Below are positions 46,835 through 55,037 of a stretch of DNA of 64,000 bases, one piece after another; position 1 is the first letter of the stretch; the number at the start of each line of letters is the position of its first letter. The stretch is from the NCBI GenBank assembly GCA_964482335.1, contig CAYZXA010000001.1, positions 24,983 to 88,982 on the forward strand, written 5' to 3'. Source of the DNA: an uncultured Candidatus Saccharibacteria bacterium. GTDB lineage: Bacteria; Patescibacteriota; Minisyncoccia; Minisyncoccales; MHMH01. The position numbers and the translations under genes are program-made. The notes under the pieces are model-generated. The model did not search any database and was not told the origin of the DNA. It saw nothing but the letters and a program-made list of their open reading frames with translations.

Positions 46835-48231
46835 ATTTAGAGGAGCTCACCATTACCAAGGCTCATCAAGGATTAAAGAAAAAACAATTCTCAGCTCTTG
46901 AACTTTGCAAAGCATATTTAGACAAGATCGAAGAGGGTAAGGAGGTCCATGCTTTTTTAACAGTGAACGAGAGCTTGGCCTTATCTCAAGCAAAAAAGAT
47001 AGATGATTTAATTGCTGTAGGCAGTGAAATGCCAGTTCTGGCTGGATTGCCTTGCGCTGTCAAAGACAATATTTTAGTTGAGAACGTGAGATGTACGGCT
47101 GGCTCCAAGATTTTAGGCAATTACATTGCTCCCTATAGTGCTACTGTCGTAGAAAAGCTCAAAAGCCAGGGAGCTGTTATTTTGGGCAAAACCAATATGG
47201 ATGAGTTTGCCATGGGTTCCTCGACCGAAAACTCAGGATTTGGAGCAACAAGGAATCCCCATGACTTAACAAGGGTGCCTGGTGGTTCATCGGGCGGGTC
47301 AGCGGCTGCTGTAGCTACTGGCGAGTGTTTATATGCTTTAGGCTCTGATACTGGTGGTTCTGTGCGTCAGCCTGCTTCTTTTTGCGGAGTAGTTGGTTTA
47401 AAGCCTACTTACGGAGCAGTTTCCCGCTATGGCTTGATTGCTTTTGCTTCTTCCTTGGACCAGATAGGGCCAATCACAAAAACAGTGGAAGATGCTAAAA
47501 TAGTATTTGAGGCTATCTCTGGGAAAGACGAGTTAGATAGTACTTCAGTCAGCCCAAAAATAGGGATCCAGAAGTTAAAGAATGTCAGGATTGGCGTGCC
47601 CAAGGAATACTTTGTTAAGGGCATGGATAAAGAGATTGAGAAGATGATCAGAGCTGCCATTAAAAAGTATACGGATAAAGGCGCAAAAGTAATTGAAGTT
47701 AGCTTGCCCCATACTGAATATGCTCTGCCTGCTTACTATATTATTAATCCCTCGGAAGCTTCAGCTAACTTGGCCAGATATGATGGCATAAAGTACGGTT
47801 TTTCTAAAAAAGAGAAATCATTGATAGATGTTTATTTGCAAAGCAGGGGACAGGGTTTTGGCGCAGAAGTTCGCCGCAGGATTATGCTGGGCACTTACGC
47901 TCTGTCATCGGGTTATTACGAAGCATATTATCTGAGGGCTCAGAAGGTTAGAACCAAAATTAAGGAAGATTTTGATAAAGCTTTTAGCAAGGTTGACGTG
48001 ATTGTTACTCCTACTTCGCCAACCACAGCTTTTAAGATAGGCGAGAAAACCAGCGATCCTTTAACTATGTATCTTTCTGATATTTATACTGTTTCTATTA
48101 ATTTAGCTGGTTTGCCTGCTATTTCTCTGCCTTGCGGCAGAATAGGCAAATTGCCAGTAGGCATGCAAATTATTGGCAAAGCTTTTCAGGAAAACATTAT
48201 TTTTAAAGTAGCTCAACTGTATGAAGATTGA
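46831..48231 (+). CDS. gatA: Asp/Glu-tRNA(Asn/Gln) amidotransferase subunit A
   Basis: Amidase signature GGSSGGSAAAVA. Confidence 0.95.
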   Translation: MNLEELTITKAHQGLKKKQFSALELCKAYLDKIEEGKEVHAFLTVNESLALSQAKKIDDLIAVGSEMPVLAGLPCAVKDNILVENVRCTAGSKILGNYIAPYSATVVEKLKSQGAVILGKTNMDEFAMGSSTENSGFGATRNPHDLTRVPGGSSGGSAAAVATGECLYALGSDTGGSVRQPASFCGVVGLKPTYGAVSRYGLIAFASSLDQIGPITKTVEDAKIVFEAISGKDELDSTSVSPKIGIQKLKNVRIGVPKEYFVKGMDKEIEKMIRAAIKKYTDKGAKVIEVSLPHTEYALPAYYIINPSEASANLARYDGIKYGFSKKEKSLIDVYLQSRGQGFGAEVRRRIMLGTYALSSGYYEAYYLRAQKVRTKIKEDFDKAFSKVDVIVTPTSPTTAFKIGEKTSDPLTMYLSDIYTVSINLAGLPAISLPCGRIGKLPVGMQIIGKAFQENIIFKVAQLYED

Positions 48232-48748
48232 TGTTGATACCATAATTTCATTTCTTACTTCCCAAGAAGTGCAGCAAGACTTATTCTGGGTTAAACTTGG
48301 TTTTTTGATTTTTTCCGGACTGTTAGTGCTTGGTATAATTATTTTAGCCCTCTTTAAAACTCATTATCTGCAATGGCGGTTTTTCCAGGACAGTTTTGAA
48401 TTTTTAACTTACCGCCAGTTTGGTGCCCGGAGAATGCAAGGAAAATGGAGAAAGATTTTGAAGCGCTTGGAAACCGGCCTTGAGTCAGAATACAAAATAG
48501 CCATTGTTGAAGCTGACAATATGTTGAACAATTCTTTGAACAGGATGGGCTATGTGGGAAAAACGCTTGGAGAAAGATTAGAGAAGCTGGCTTCGGCTAC
48601 CATACCCAATATCGACGAGGTTCACCAAGCTCATAAGCTTCGCAATTCTATTGTTCGCGATCCTGATTATCAATTGAGCTTGGAGGATGCTAAAAGAACT
48701 ATAGATATTTATGGAAAAGCCTTTACTAGTTTACAGATTTTAGCTTGA
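48221..48748 (+). CDS. hypothetical membrane-anchored protein
   Basis: 175 aa, N-terminal TM. Confidence 0.5.
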   Translation: MKIDVDTIISFLTSQEVQQDLFWVKLGFLIFSGLLVLGIIILALFKTHYLQWRFFQDSFEFLTYRQFGARRMQGKWRKILKRLETGLESEYKIAIVEADNMLNNSLNRMGYVGKTLGERLEKLASATIPNIDEVHQAHKLRNSIVRDPDYQLSLEDAKRTIDIYGKAFTSLQILA

Positions 48749-48773
48749 TTTTTTCTTGAAATTAAAGTAGAAT
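48745..48773 (+). promoter_or_regulatory. promoter TTGATT-N17-TAGAAT driving the GC-rich structured region
   Basis: Overlaps the upstream stop codon. Confidence 0.35.
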
Positions 48774-48779
48774 ACTAGA

Positions 48780-49065
48780 CAGCGCCGTGGAGGAGTAGTA
48801 CCTCACCAGTCTCATAAATTTTTGTGACCTAAAATGGTAACATTTTATGGAAAAATTCCCGAAATTGCTGGGAACCCGTAAAAATATTTTATGGCAATCA
48901 GCAGCCAAGCTTCGACATTTTGTCGGAGAAGGTTCAGAGACTATAATGGGAACACCCTTTTATTTAAGGGAGATGGGATAGTCCGTTCCATTTGGAAACA
49001 AATGGCTAACACTAAAGAAGCTGGGGGCCCCCGTGCAATTCGGGGCGGCGCAACAAAGATTCTAT
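48780..49065 (+). ncRNA. candidate structured non-coding RNA or long 5' leader (unclassified)
   Basis: Several local hairpins (CGACAtttTGTCG; CCATTTGgaaaCAAATGG; GCCCCGtgcaattCGGGGC) and a GC-rich block atypical of this genome; the only ORF (48891..49094) has no SD and odd composition. Confidence 0.3.
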
Positions 49066-49066
49066 A

Positions 49067-49120
49067 TTGTCATATTTTTAGACCTACGGTATAATGAAAG
49101 AATACTTATAACTGTAGGTC
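49067..49120 (+). promoter_or_regulatory. promoter TTGTCA-N17-TATAAT embedded in a 10-bp inverted repeat (GACCTACGGT...ACTGTAGGTC)
   Basis: The inverted-repeat arms bracket the -10 element and abut ATG 49122 (operator-like). Confidence 0.4.
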
Positions 49121-49121
49121 C

Positions 49122-49832
49122 ATGGCTAGAATTATAGAAAAAAATAAAGCGCTAAGACTGCGCCAAAAAGGGAAAAGTATAAATGAAATTGCTAGAAGAT
49201 TAAAATTACCAAAAAGCACTGTTAGTGTTTGGTGTCGTGATATTAAACTTACTTCGGAACAGATCGGAAGATTAGCAAAAAGACAAAAATCTGGAAGTTA
49301 TAAAGGAAGAATGAAATTTTTAGAAAGAGTAAGAAAAAAAAGAATGGAAGAGATGATAAGATTGAGAAAGGAAGGAATTCAAGAGATTGGTAAGATAAAA
49401 AAAAGAGATTTATTTGTTGCTGGAATTGCAATGTATTGGAGCGAAGGAGTGACTTCTTCAAATAGCGATGAAGTAAGTTTTTCTAATTCAGACCCCAAAA
49501 TGCTTCTTTTGATGTTGAGATGGTTTAAAGAGATTTGTGGCGTATTAGATAACCAATTTGTTATTCAAATCAGAATCAATAAAATACATAAACAGAGAAT
49601 AAAAGAGATTGAAAATTATTGGTCTAATATAACAAAGATTTCATTAAGCCAATTTACTAAAACGATTTTAATAAAAAGTAAATTGAAGAAGATTTATCCT
49701 AAGACCGACGCTTATTACGGTACTCTAAGAATAAAAATTCGACGCGGTACTCAATTAAGAAGAAAGATTAATGGTTGGATTGAAGGATTGGCTAGGCGGG
49801 GTAGCTCAGTTGGTAGAGCAAAGGACTCATAA
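49122..49832 (+). CDS. HTH-domain protein (hypothetical); the 3' end overlaps tRNA-Met by 38 nt
   Basis: N-terminal helix-turn-helix (KSINEIARRLKLPKSTVSVW); the stop TAA coincides with the tRNA anticodon loop. Confidence 0.4.
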   Translation: MARIIEKNKALRLRQKGKSINEIARRLKLPKSTVSVWCRDIKLTSEQIGRLAKRQKSGSYKGRMKFLERVRKKRMEEMIRLRKEGIQEIGKIKKRDLFVAGIAMYWSEGVTSSNSDEVSFSNSDPKMLLLMLRWFKEICGVLDNQFVIQIRINKIHKQRIKEIENYWSNITKISLSQFTKTILIKSKLKKIYPKTDAYYGTLRIKIRRGTQLRRKINGWIEGLARRGSSVGRAKDS

Positions 49833-49867
49833 GCCTTAGGTCGTGGGTTCAAGTCCCACCCTCGCCA
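49795..49867 (+). tRNA. tRNA-Met (anticodon CAT; elongator Met or Ile2 not distinguished)
   Basis: GGCGGGG-TA-GCTCAGTTGGTAGAGC...CTCATAA...GTGGGTTCAAGTCCCAC-CCTCGCC-A cloverleaf. Confidence 0.8.
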
Positions 49868-49892
49868 CATTAAAATTTTAATATTGAATTCT

Positions 49893-49969
49893 GGGGACGT
49901 AGCTCAATTGGTTAGAGCACATGCTTGTCGAGCATGGGGTTGCCGGTTCGAGTCCGGTCGTCCCCGCCA
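49893..49969 (+). tRNA. tRNA-Asp (anticodon GTC), CCA encoded
   Basis: GGGGACG...TTGTCGA anticodon loop...GGTTCGAGTCCGG...CGTCCCC-G-CCA. Confidence 0.85.
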
Positions 49970-50010
49970 AACGATTATTGATAAACGATAGAAAATAAAG
50001 GAGGTGAAAA

Positions 50011-50268
50011 ATGAGCGAAGATAGTGTTCTTTCACTAGAAGAAGCAGAAGAAATATGGGAGAAGCATTTAAGCATCGGTGAAAAGAGTGAAATGTTTCAG
50101 GAACTATTAAAGAAAGGTAAAATTTCTTTTATAGATTATGGACTAGGTGTTAACCGTCATTTCGAAAGACTTAGACACTTAACAAAATCATCAATTGCTA
50201 AAAAAATAGAGGAAAACGAGCCGTTGTCAGTTGCTTTCGCCCATTCTAAAATAAGAGAAACCACCTGA
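50011..50268 (+). CDS. hypothetical 85-aa protein
   Basis: SD AAAGGAGGTG 5 nt upstream. Confidence 0.5.
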   Translation: MSEDSVLSLEEAEEIWEKHLSIGEKSEMFQELLKKGKISFIDYGLGVNRHFERLRHLTKSSIAKKIEENEPLSVAFAHSKIRETT

Positions 50269-50289
50269 GTATTGCAAGGGTGGTTTTTT
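50261..50289 (+). terminator. Rho-independent terminator overlapping the stop codon
   Basis: CCACCTgagtattgcaAGGGTGG TTTTTT. Confidence 0.55.
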
Positions 50290-50419
50290 ATTGAAGATTG
50301 CCTTTTCTTTCGGAATATGGTAGATAAATCAGAGGAGGTGAATCAATATAGTTTTTTAACAAGAGAATAAACACTGTAACGCTCAACAAAATAAAAAAAG
50401 CCAAAAGAAGGAAAAGAAA

Positions 50420-51136
50420 ATGGAAAAACTGATTACTATACAGAAGAGTGTAATTCCTGCTTGTGATGTGGATACCTTGGGAAAATTGGGACAGGTAGCC
50501 GAGGCTACTTTTGGCCTATCAGGAATTGGTGCCTATAAAGTCGGATTAGAGCTTGCTCTTTCCTTCGGCTTAAAAGAGGTAGTTAAGATAATCAGGGAAC
50601 ATAGTAATTTCCCAGTTATCTATGACCACCAAAAAGCAGCTACTGACATTCCAGCCCTAGGAACAAAATTTGCTAAGGCAGTGAAAGGTGCCGGCGTAGA
50701 CGCTGTAATACTATTTCCCTTTGGAGGTGCTGCGACTGAGCGAGAGTGGATAAAAGTTTGTCGAGAAGAAGGTTTAGTGGTTTTAGTTGGCGGTCATATG
50801 ACCCAGCCGGAGTTTCTTGAGGCGGAAGGTGGCTTTATTGCTACTACAGGGCCAGAAAGAATGTATCAGATTGCTGCTGACAGTGGGGTGACCAATTTTG
50901 TTGTTCCGGGAAATAAGCCGGAATTTGTTCTAAAGTATCGTCAGCTACTAGAAAAAGAGTTGGGAGAGGACAAATTTACCCTCTATGCTCCTGGCTTCAT
51001 TACTCAGGGTGGTAGTATCTCGGAGGCCGGCCAGATGGCTGGAGACAATTGGCATGCAATTATCGGCAGTGCTATTTATAAAGCTGAGAATATGAGAAAA
51101 GCTGCTCAGCAGGTGACATTTCAGATTGTTAGCTAA
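50420..51136 (+). CDS. pyrF: orotidine-5'-phosphate decarboxylase family (PyrF-like; the related HPS/KGPDC branch not excluded)
   Basis: TIM-barrel OMPDC-family motifs (IPACDVDT, DHQKAATDIP, IIGSAIY); immediately upstream of pyrE. Confidence 0.65.
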   Translation: MEKLITIQKSVIPACDVDTLGKLGQVAEATFGLSGIGAYKVGLELALSFGLKEVVKIIREHSNFPVIYDHQKAATDIPALGTKFAKAVKGAGVDAVILFPFGGAATEREWIKVCREEGLVVLVGGHMTQPEFLEAEGGFIATTGPERMYQIAADSGVTNFVVPGNKPEFVLKYRQLLEKELGEDKFTLYAPGFITQGGSISEAGQMAGDNWHAIIGSAIYKAENMRKAAQQVTFQIVS

Positions 51137-51173
51137 TAGCCATGCCACCAAAAATCCAAGGAGGTAAAAAGAA

Positions 51174-51833
51174 ATGGTAACTAGAGAAGGACTAACCAAT
51201 TCGCAAAAACAGGTAGCTAACAGAATTTATGATCGGGAAGCAGTAAAGTTTGGAGCCTTCAAATTAAAACTTCATGAGAAGAATCCTGATGCCCCGCTTT
51301 CTCCCATCTATATTACTCTCCGGAAACCACCTGGCGGACCTTTGACCGATGTGGATGTTGAGATGATCGGGCAAGAACTTTACGCCCAGGTAAAAAAGCA
51401 AAAAGTCCTATTTGATGTAGTAGCTGGTATTCCTCGAGCTGGAGAACCATTTGCTGAAGTGGTCGCTCGATTGTCAAGAAGACCCACGCTCAAACTTAGC
51501 AAGAAGGAAGGAGGAGATAAACGAAAGATTGACTCAATTGTCAGTGGAGAATACCGACCTGGCCAGCTTGTCTTATTGGTTGATGATTTAATCACTCAGG
51601 CTGATACAAAGAAAGAGGCAATCGGGGTTTGTGAGAATGCCGAGTTAACAGTTGCCGGAGTAGTCGTCCTGGTAGATCGGGAACAAGGCGGATCAGAGGA
51701 CTTAGGGAATGCCGGTTACACCTTGCATACTGTTTTTCCTCTTTCAGCTCTTCTTGACTATTATGTTGAGGTTGGCAAGATTGATTCGGTAAAGTGTGAT
51801 GAGGTAATGGAATACATCACAGCTAACAGATAG
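51174..51833 (+). CDS. pyrE: orotate phosphoribosyltransferase
   Basis: Type I PRT motif LLVDDLITQADT; SD AAGGAGG. Confidence 0.8.
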   Translation: MVTREGLTNSQKQVANRIYDREAVKFGAFKLKLHEKNPDAPLSPIYITLRKPPGGPLTDVDVEMIGQELYAQVKKQKVLFDVVAGIPRAGEPFAEVVARLSRRPTLKLSKKEGGDKRKIDSIVSGEYRPGQLVLLVDDLITQADTKKEAIGVCENAELTVAGVVVLVDREQGGSEDLGNAGYTLHTVFPLSALLDYYVEVGKIDSVKCDEVMEYITANR

Positions 51834-51863
51834 GTCAGTGCTTTAAAGAGTTTAATATTAAGG

Positions 51864-51897
51864 TCGCTGGGACCAGTGCGTTCCAGCGATTTTTCTT
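51864..51897 (+). terminator. Rho-independent terminator
   Basis: TCGCTGGGAC-cagtgc-GTTCCAGCGA TTTTTCT. Confidence 0.55.
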
Positions 51898-51961
51898 GTG
51901 AAGTTATCCCCAGTTTTCAGCTTGATTTTAGGTTAATTTTAAGGTAAAATAAAGGAAGGAA

Positions 51962-52975
51962 ATGACTCTGAAAACCCTTAAAATTGAGGCTGAAAAAGCC
52001 ATTGAAAAAGCTCGAGATTTGAAGGTTTTGAACAATGCTTTTAAGAAATATCTGGGTAAAAAATCAGAACTTACCCGGATTTTGCGTTCTTTAGAAAAGC
52101 TACCTAAAGCCAAGCGAGTTAAAGTTGGTAAAGAAGCTAATACTTTGAAGAATTCTTTAAGGATTCAATTTGATAAAAAAGCCAGAGAACTTAAAGAGAA
52201 AGCCCAAAAAGAAACTGAAGAAAAAGAATGGATAGATGTGACCGTTCCTGGCAAAAGGCCTGTTTTAGGCCATTTACATCCTCTGACCTTGGTCAAAAGA
52301 AAAGCAGAAGAGATTTTCCAAGCCATGGGCTTTACAGTAATTCAAGGTCCAGAGATGGAGAATGAATGGTATAACTTTGATGCTTTAAACATTCCTAAAG
52401 ACCATCCAGCCAGAGATCTTTGGGATACTTTCTATTTGAAGAATGGTTTGCTTTTAAGAACTCATACCTCTCCTGTGCAGATTAGATTTATGGAAAAAAA
52501 CCAGCCGCCTTTAAGAATTATTGTGCCAGGAAGAATCTTTCGGCACGAGGCGACCGATGCTTCTCATGAGACTAACTTTTATCAGCTAGAAGGGTTAATG
52601 GTTTCAGAACAAGTTTCTGCTGCTAACTTTAAAGCCATTATCGAAGAATTCTTCCAGAGATTCTTTGAAAAACCAGTAAAAATTCGCTTGATACCCAGCT
52701 TTTTCCCGTTTGTGGAGCCTGGTTTTCAAGTTGATATGACCTGTTTAAATTGCGAAGGCAAGGGTTGTCCAGCTTGTTCTCGGACTGGTTGGCTAGAGAT
52801 GATGGGAGCTGGCATGGTTCATCCTAATGTTTTGAGAGCAGCCGGCTTAAATCCTAAAAACTGGCAGGGTTTTGCCTTTGGCATGGGAATAGATAGATTG
52901 GCTATGATGAAATATAAAATTAACGATATTAGATTATTTTATTCTGGAGACTTAAGGTTTCTCCAACAATTTTAA
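51962..52975 (+). CDS. pheS: phenylalanine--tRNA ligase alpha subunit
   Basis: Class II motifs, 337 aa. Confidence 0.93.
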   Translation: MTLKTLKIEAEKAIEKARDLKVLNNAFKKYLGKKSELTRILRSLEKLPKAKRVKVGKEANTLKNSLRIQFDKKARELKEKAQKETEEKEWIDVTVPGKRPVLGHLHPLTLVKRKAEEIFQAMGFTVIQGPEMENEWYNFDALNIPKDHPARDLWDTFYLKNGLLLRTHTSPVQIRFMEKNQPPLRIIVPGRIFRHEATDASHETNFYQLEGLMVSEQVSAANFKAIIEEFFQRFFEKPVKIRLIPSFFPFVEPGFQVDMTCLNCEGKGCPACSRTGWLEMMGAGMVHPNVLRAAGLNPKNWQGFAFGMGIDRLAMMKYKINDIRLFYSGDLRFLQQF

Positions 52976-52976
52976 A

Positions 52977-54995
52977 ATGAAATTCTCCTATAATTTTTTT
53001 AGAGATTACGTTTCAAGATTGCCAAAGCCAGAAAAATTGGCCGAGCTTTTAACACAGCACTCTTTTGAGGTAGAGGAAGTTAAAAAAACCGGAGGAGATT
53101 TTCTCCTAAGTATTGATATCCTGCCTAATCGAGCTCCTGATTGTTTCTCACATTTTGGTGTTGCCAGAGAAATAGCAGCTATTACCAAATCAACTTTAAA
53201 GCCCCTGCTTGTTCGAGGCTTGATCTCAAACAAACTGAAGACCAGGGATTATGTTTCAGTTGATATTAGGGATAAAAAAGCCTGTCCTCGCTATACAGCT
53301 AAAGTTCTAACTGACGTTAAAGTAGGATCTTCCCCTAAATGGTTGAAAGACAGGTTAAGGGTTTGCGGCTTGAATCCAATCAACAATATTGTTGATATTG
53401 CCAACTACGTTATGCTGGAAACCGGCCAGCCCTTGCATGCTTTTGACGGTCAGAAACTAGAAGGCAAAAAGATTATTGTCAGATTTGCCAAAAACAGAGA
53501 GAAGATAGTTACTTTAGATGAGCAAAAATTTGATTTGAATCCCGATGTTTTAGTCATTGCTGATATCAAAAAACCAATAGCCATTGCTGGCCTCAAGGGA
53601 GGCAAAATACCAGAAATAGATAAAAAGACAAAAATAGTTGTTTTGGAATCAGCCAATTTCAATCCGCGGGTCATTCGCAAGAGTTCCAGGAAATTAAATT
53701 TGAAAACTGACGCTTCTTTAAGATTTGAACATGGCATTGACTCTAACTTAACTGAATTGGCTATTTCGCGAGCTGCTTATTTAATCCAAAAAATTGCTGG
53801 TGGCAAAATAGCTCAAGGCTTGATTGATATCTATACTAAGAAATCTTATCCAAAGAGAATTAGGTTAGACTATGGGTACCTTATAAGGCTTTTAGGAATA
53901 AAAATAGAAAGGAAAGAAGTCAAAAGTATCTTAACTAAATTAGGATTTAAAATTATTAAAGAGAAATTTCCCAATTTGATCGTTGAGGTCCCAACCTGGA
54001 GATTGGATGTTTCAATTCCAGAAGATTTGATTGAAGAAATCGGCAGAATATATGATTATGAGAAAATTCCTGCTACTTTTCCCATAGCTGCCCTGATTCC
54101 AGCCAAAAGAAATTTAAACGCCTTTTGGGAAGATATGACAAAGAATATTTTGAAAGAAGCTGGTTTTACTGAAGTTTATAATTACTCCTTTATTTCTGAA
54201 GATGAGGTAAAGATATTTAACAATGAGAACCTGATTGAGTTGGAAAACCCGATGAGCAAAGAACAGAAGTATTTGCGGTCTAGTTTAATTCCAAATTTAT
54301 TAAAAAACGTTCAGAAGAACCAGAAAAGTTTTAATAAGATTAGGATTTTTGAACTAGGCAAGATTTTTGGTTTAAAGATTAAAGAAAAAAGACAGCTGGC
54401 CGGCTTGATTAGTGGTGATGATTTTTACCGACTCAAGGGGGTGATGGATTTGCTTTTGAACAAATTAGGCATTAGCAATATTTGGTATGATGAGCACCAG
54501 CCAACGCCTGGACAAAGCAAGAAAGCTCTATGGCATGCCAAGAAATGTGCTGAGATTAAGGTAGACAACAAAGAAATCGGCTTTTTAGGAGAGATTTCAC
54601 CAAGAATTCTGCAGTCTTTGAAGATTGCCAATAAGGTAGTTGTCTTTGATTTGGGTTTTGACAAGTTGCAGAAGCTTGCTTCAGAAGAGCATGAGTATAT
54701 GTCTCTTTCCAAGTTTCCTTCAGCTGTCAGAGATTTGGCTGTTTTGGTCCCCCGGGGCACTAAAGTAGTTCAGGTTTTAAATAAGATAAATGCGGCTGGC
54801 GGCAAATTAATCAGAGATATTGATTTATTTGATATTTACGAGGGAGAAGAGCTGCCTCAAGGCAAAAAGAATTTAGCTTTTCATATCATCTATCAGGCGA
54901 AAGATAGAACCCTTAAATCAAAAGAGGTAGATGAAATTCATCAAAAAATAATTAAAGCTTTAGAAAAAGATCCAACATGGCAAATAAGAAAGTAA
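52977..54995 (+). CDS. pheT: phenylalanine--tRNA ligase beta subunit (short, 672 aa)
   Basis: B3/B4, B5 and FDX-ACB-like regions; lacks the EMAP-like tRNA-binding insert. Confidence 0.9.
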   Translation: MKFSYNFFRDYVSRLPKPEKLAELLTQHSFEVEEVKKTGGDFLLSIDILPNRAPDCFSHFGVAREIAAITKSTLKPLLVRGLISNKLKTRDYVSVDIRDKKACPRYTAKVLTDVKVGSSPKWLKDRLRVCGLNPINNIVDIANYVMLETGQPLHAFDGQKLEGKKIIVRFAKNREKIVTLDEQKFDLNPDVLVIADIKKPIAIAGLKGGKIPEIDKKTKIVVLESANFNPRVIRKSSRKLNLKTDASLRFEHGIDSNLTELAISRAAYLIQKIAGGKIAQGLIDIYTKKSYPKRIRLDYGYLIRLLGIKIERKEVKSILTKLGFKIIKEKFPNLIVEVPTWRLDVSIPEDLIEEIGRIYDYEKIPATFPIAALIPAKRNLNAFWEDMTKNILKEAGFTEVYNYSFISEDEVKIFNNENLIELENPMSKEQKYLRSSLIPNLLKNVQKNQKSFNKIRIFELGKIFGLKIKEKRQLAGLISGDDFYRLKGVMDLLLNKLGISNIWYDEHQPTPGQSKKALWHAKKCAEIKVDNKEIGFLGEISPRILQSLKIANKVVVFDLGFDKLQKLASEEHEYMSLSKFPSAVRDLAVLVPRGTKVVQVLNKINAAGGKLIRDIDLFDIYEGEELPQGKKNLAFHIIYQAKDRTLKSKEVDEIHQKIIKALEKDPTWQIRK

Positions 54996-55025
54996 GAACC
55001 TCGCTTTGCGAGAACCTTGATTTTT
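54993..55025 (+). repeat. stop-codon-anchored intergenic element, copy C
   Basis: TAAGAACCTCGCTTTGCGAGAACCTTGATTTTT. Confidence 0.6.
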
Positions 55026-55037
55026 AATTAAAATAAT

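Noticed and set aside
48780-49065. Identification as SRP RNA, RNase P RNA or tmRNA
   Set aside because: Only partial similarity to conserved motifs (CAGCAGCCAAGC; AGTCCG; ACAAATGGCTAAC) in the wrong arrangement; left as unclassified candidate
48891-49094. 67-aa ORF inside the GC-rich structured region
   Set aside because: No SD, Arg/Gly-rich composition typical of a GC-rich non-coding frame
49122-49832. LAGLIDADG homing-endonuclease assignment for the HTH protein
   Set aside because: VAGIAMYWSEG has the wrong spacing for the LAGLIDADG motif; only the HTH is supportable
49878-50075. Minus-strand ORF covering tRNA-Asp
   Set aside because: Antisense to a tRNA gene
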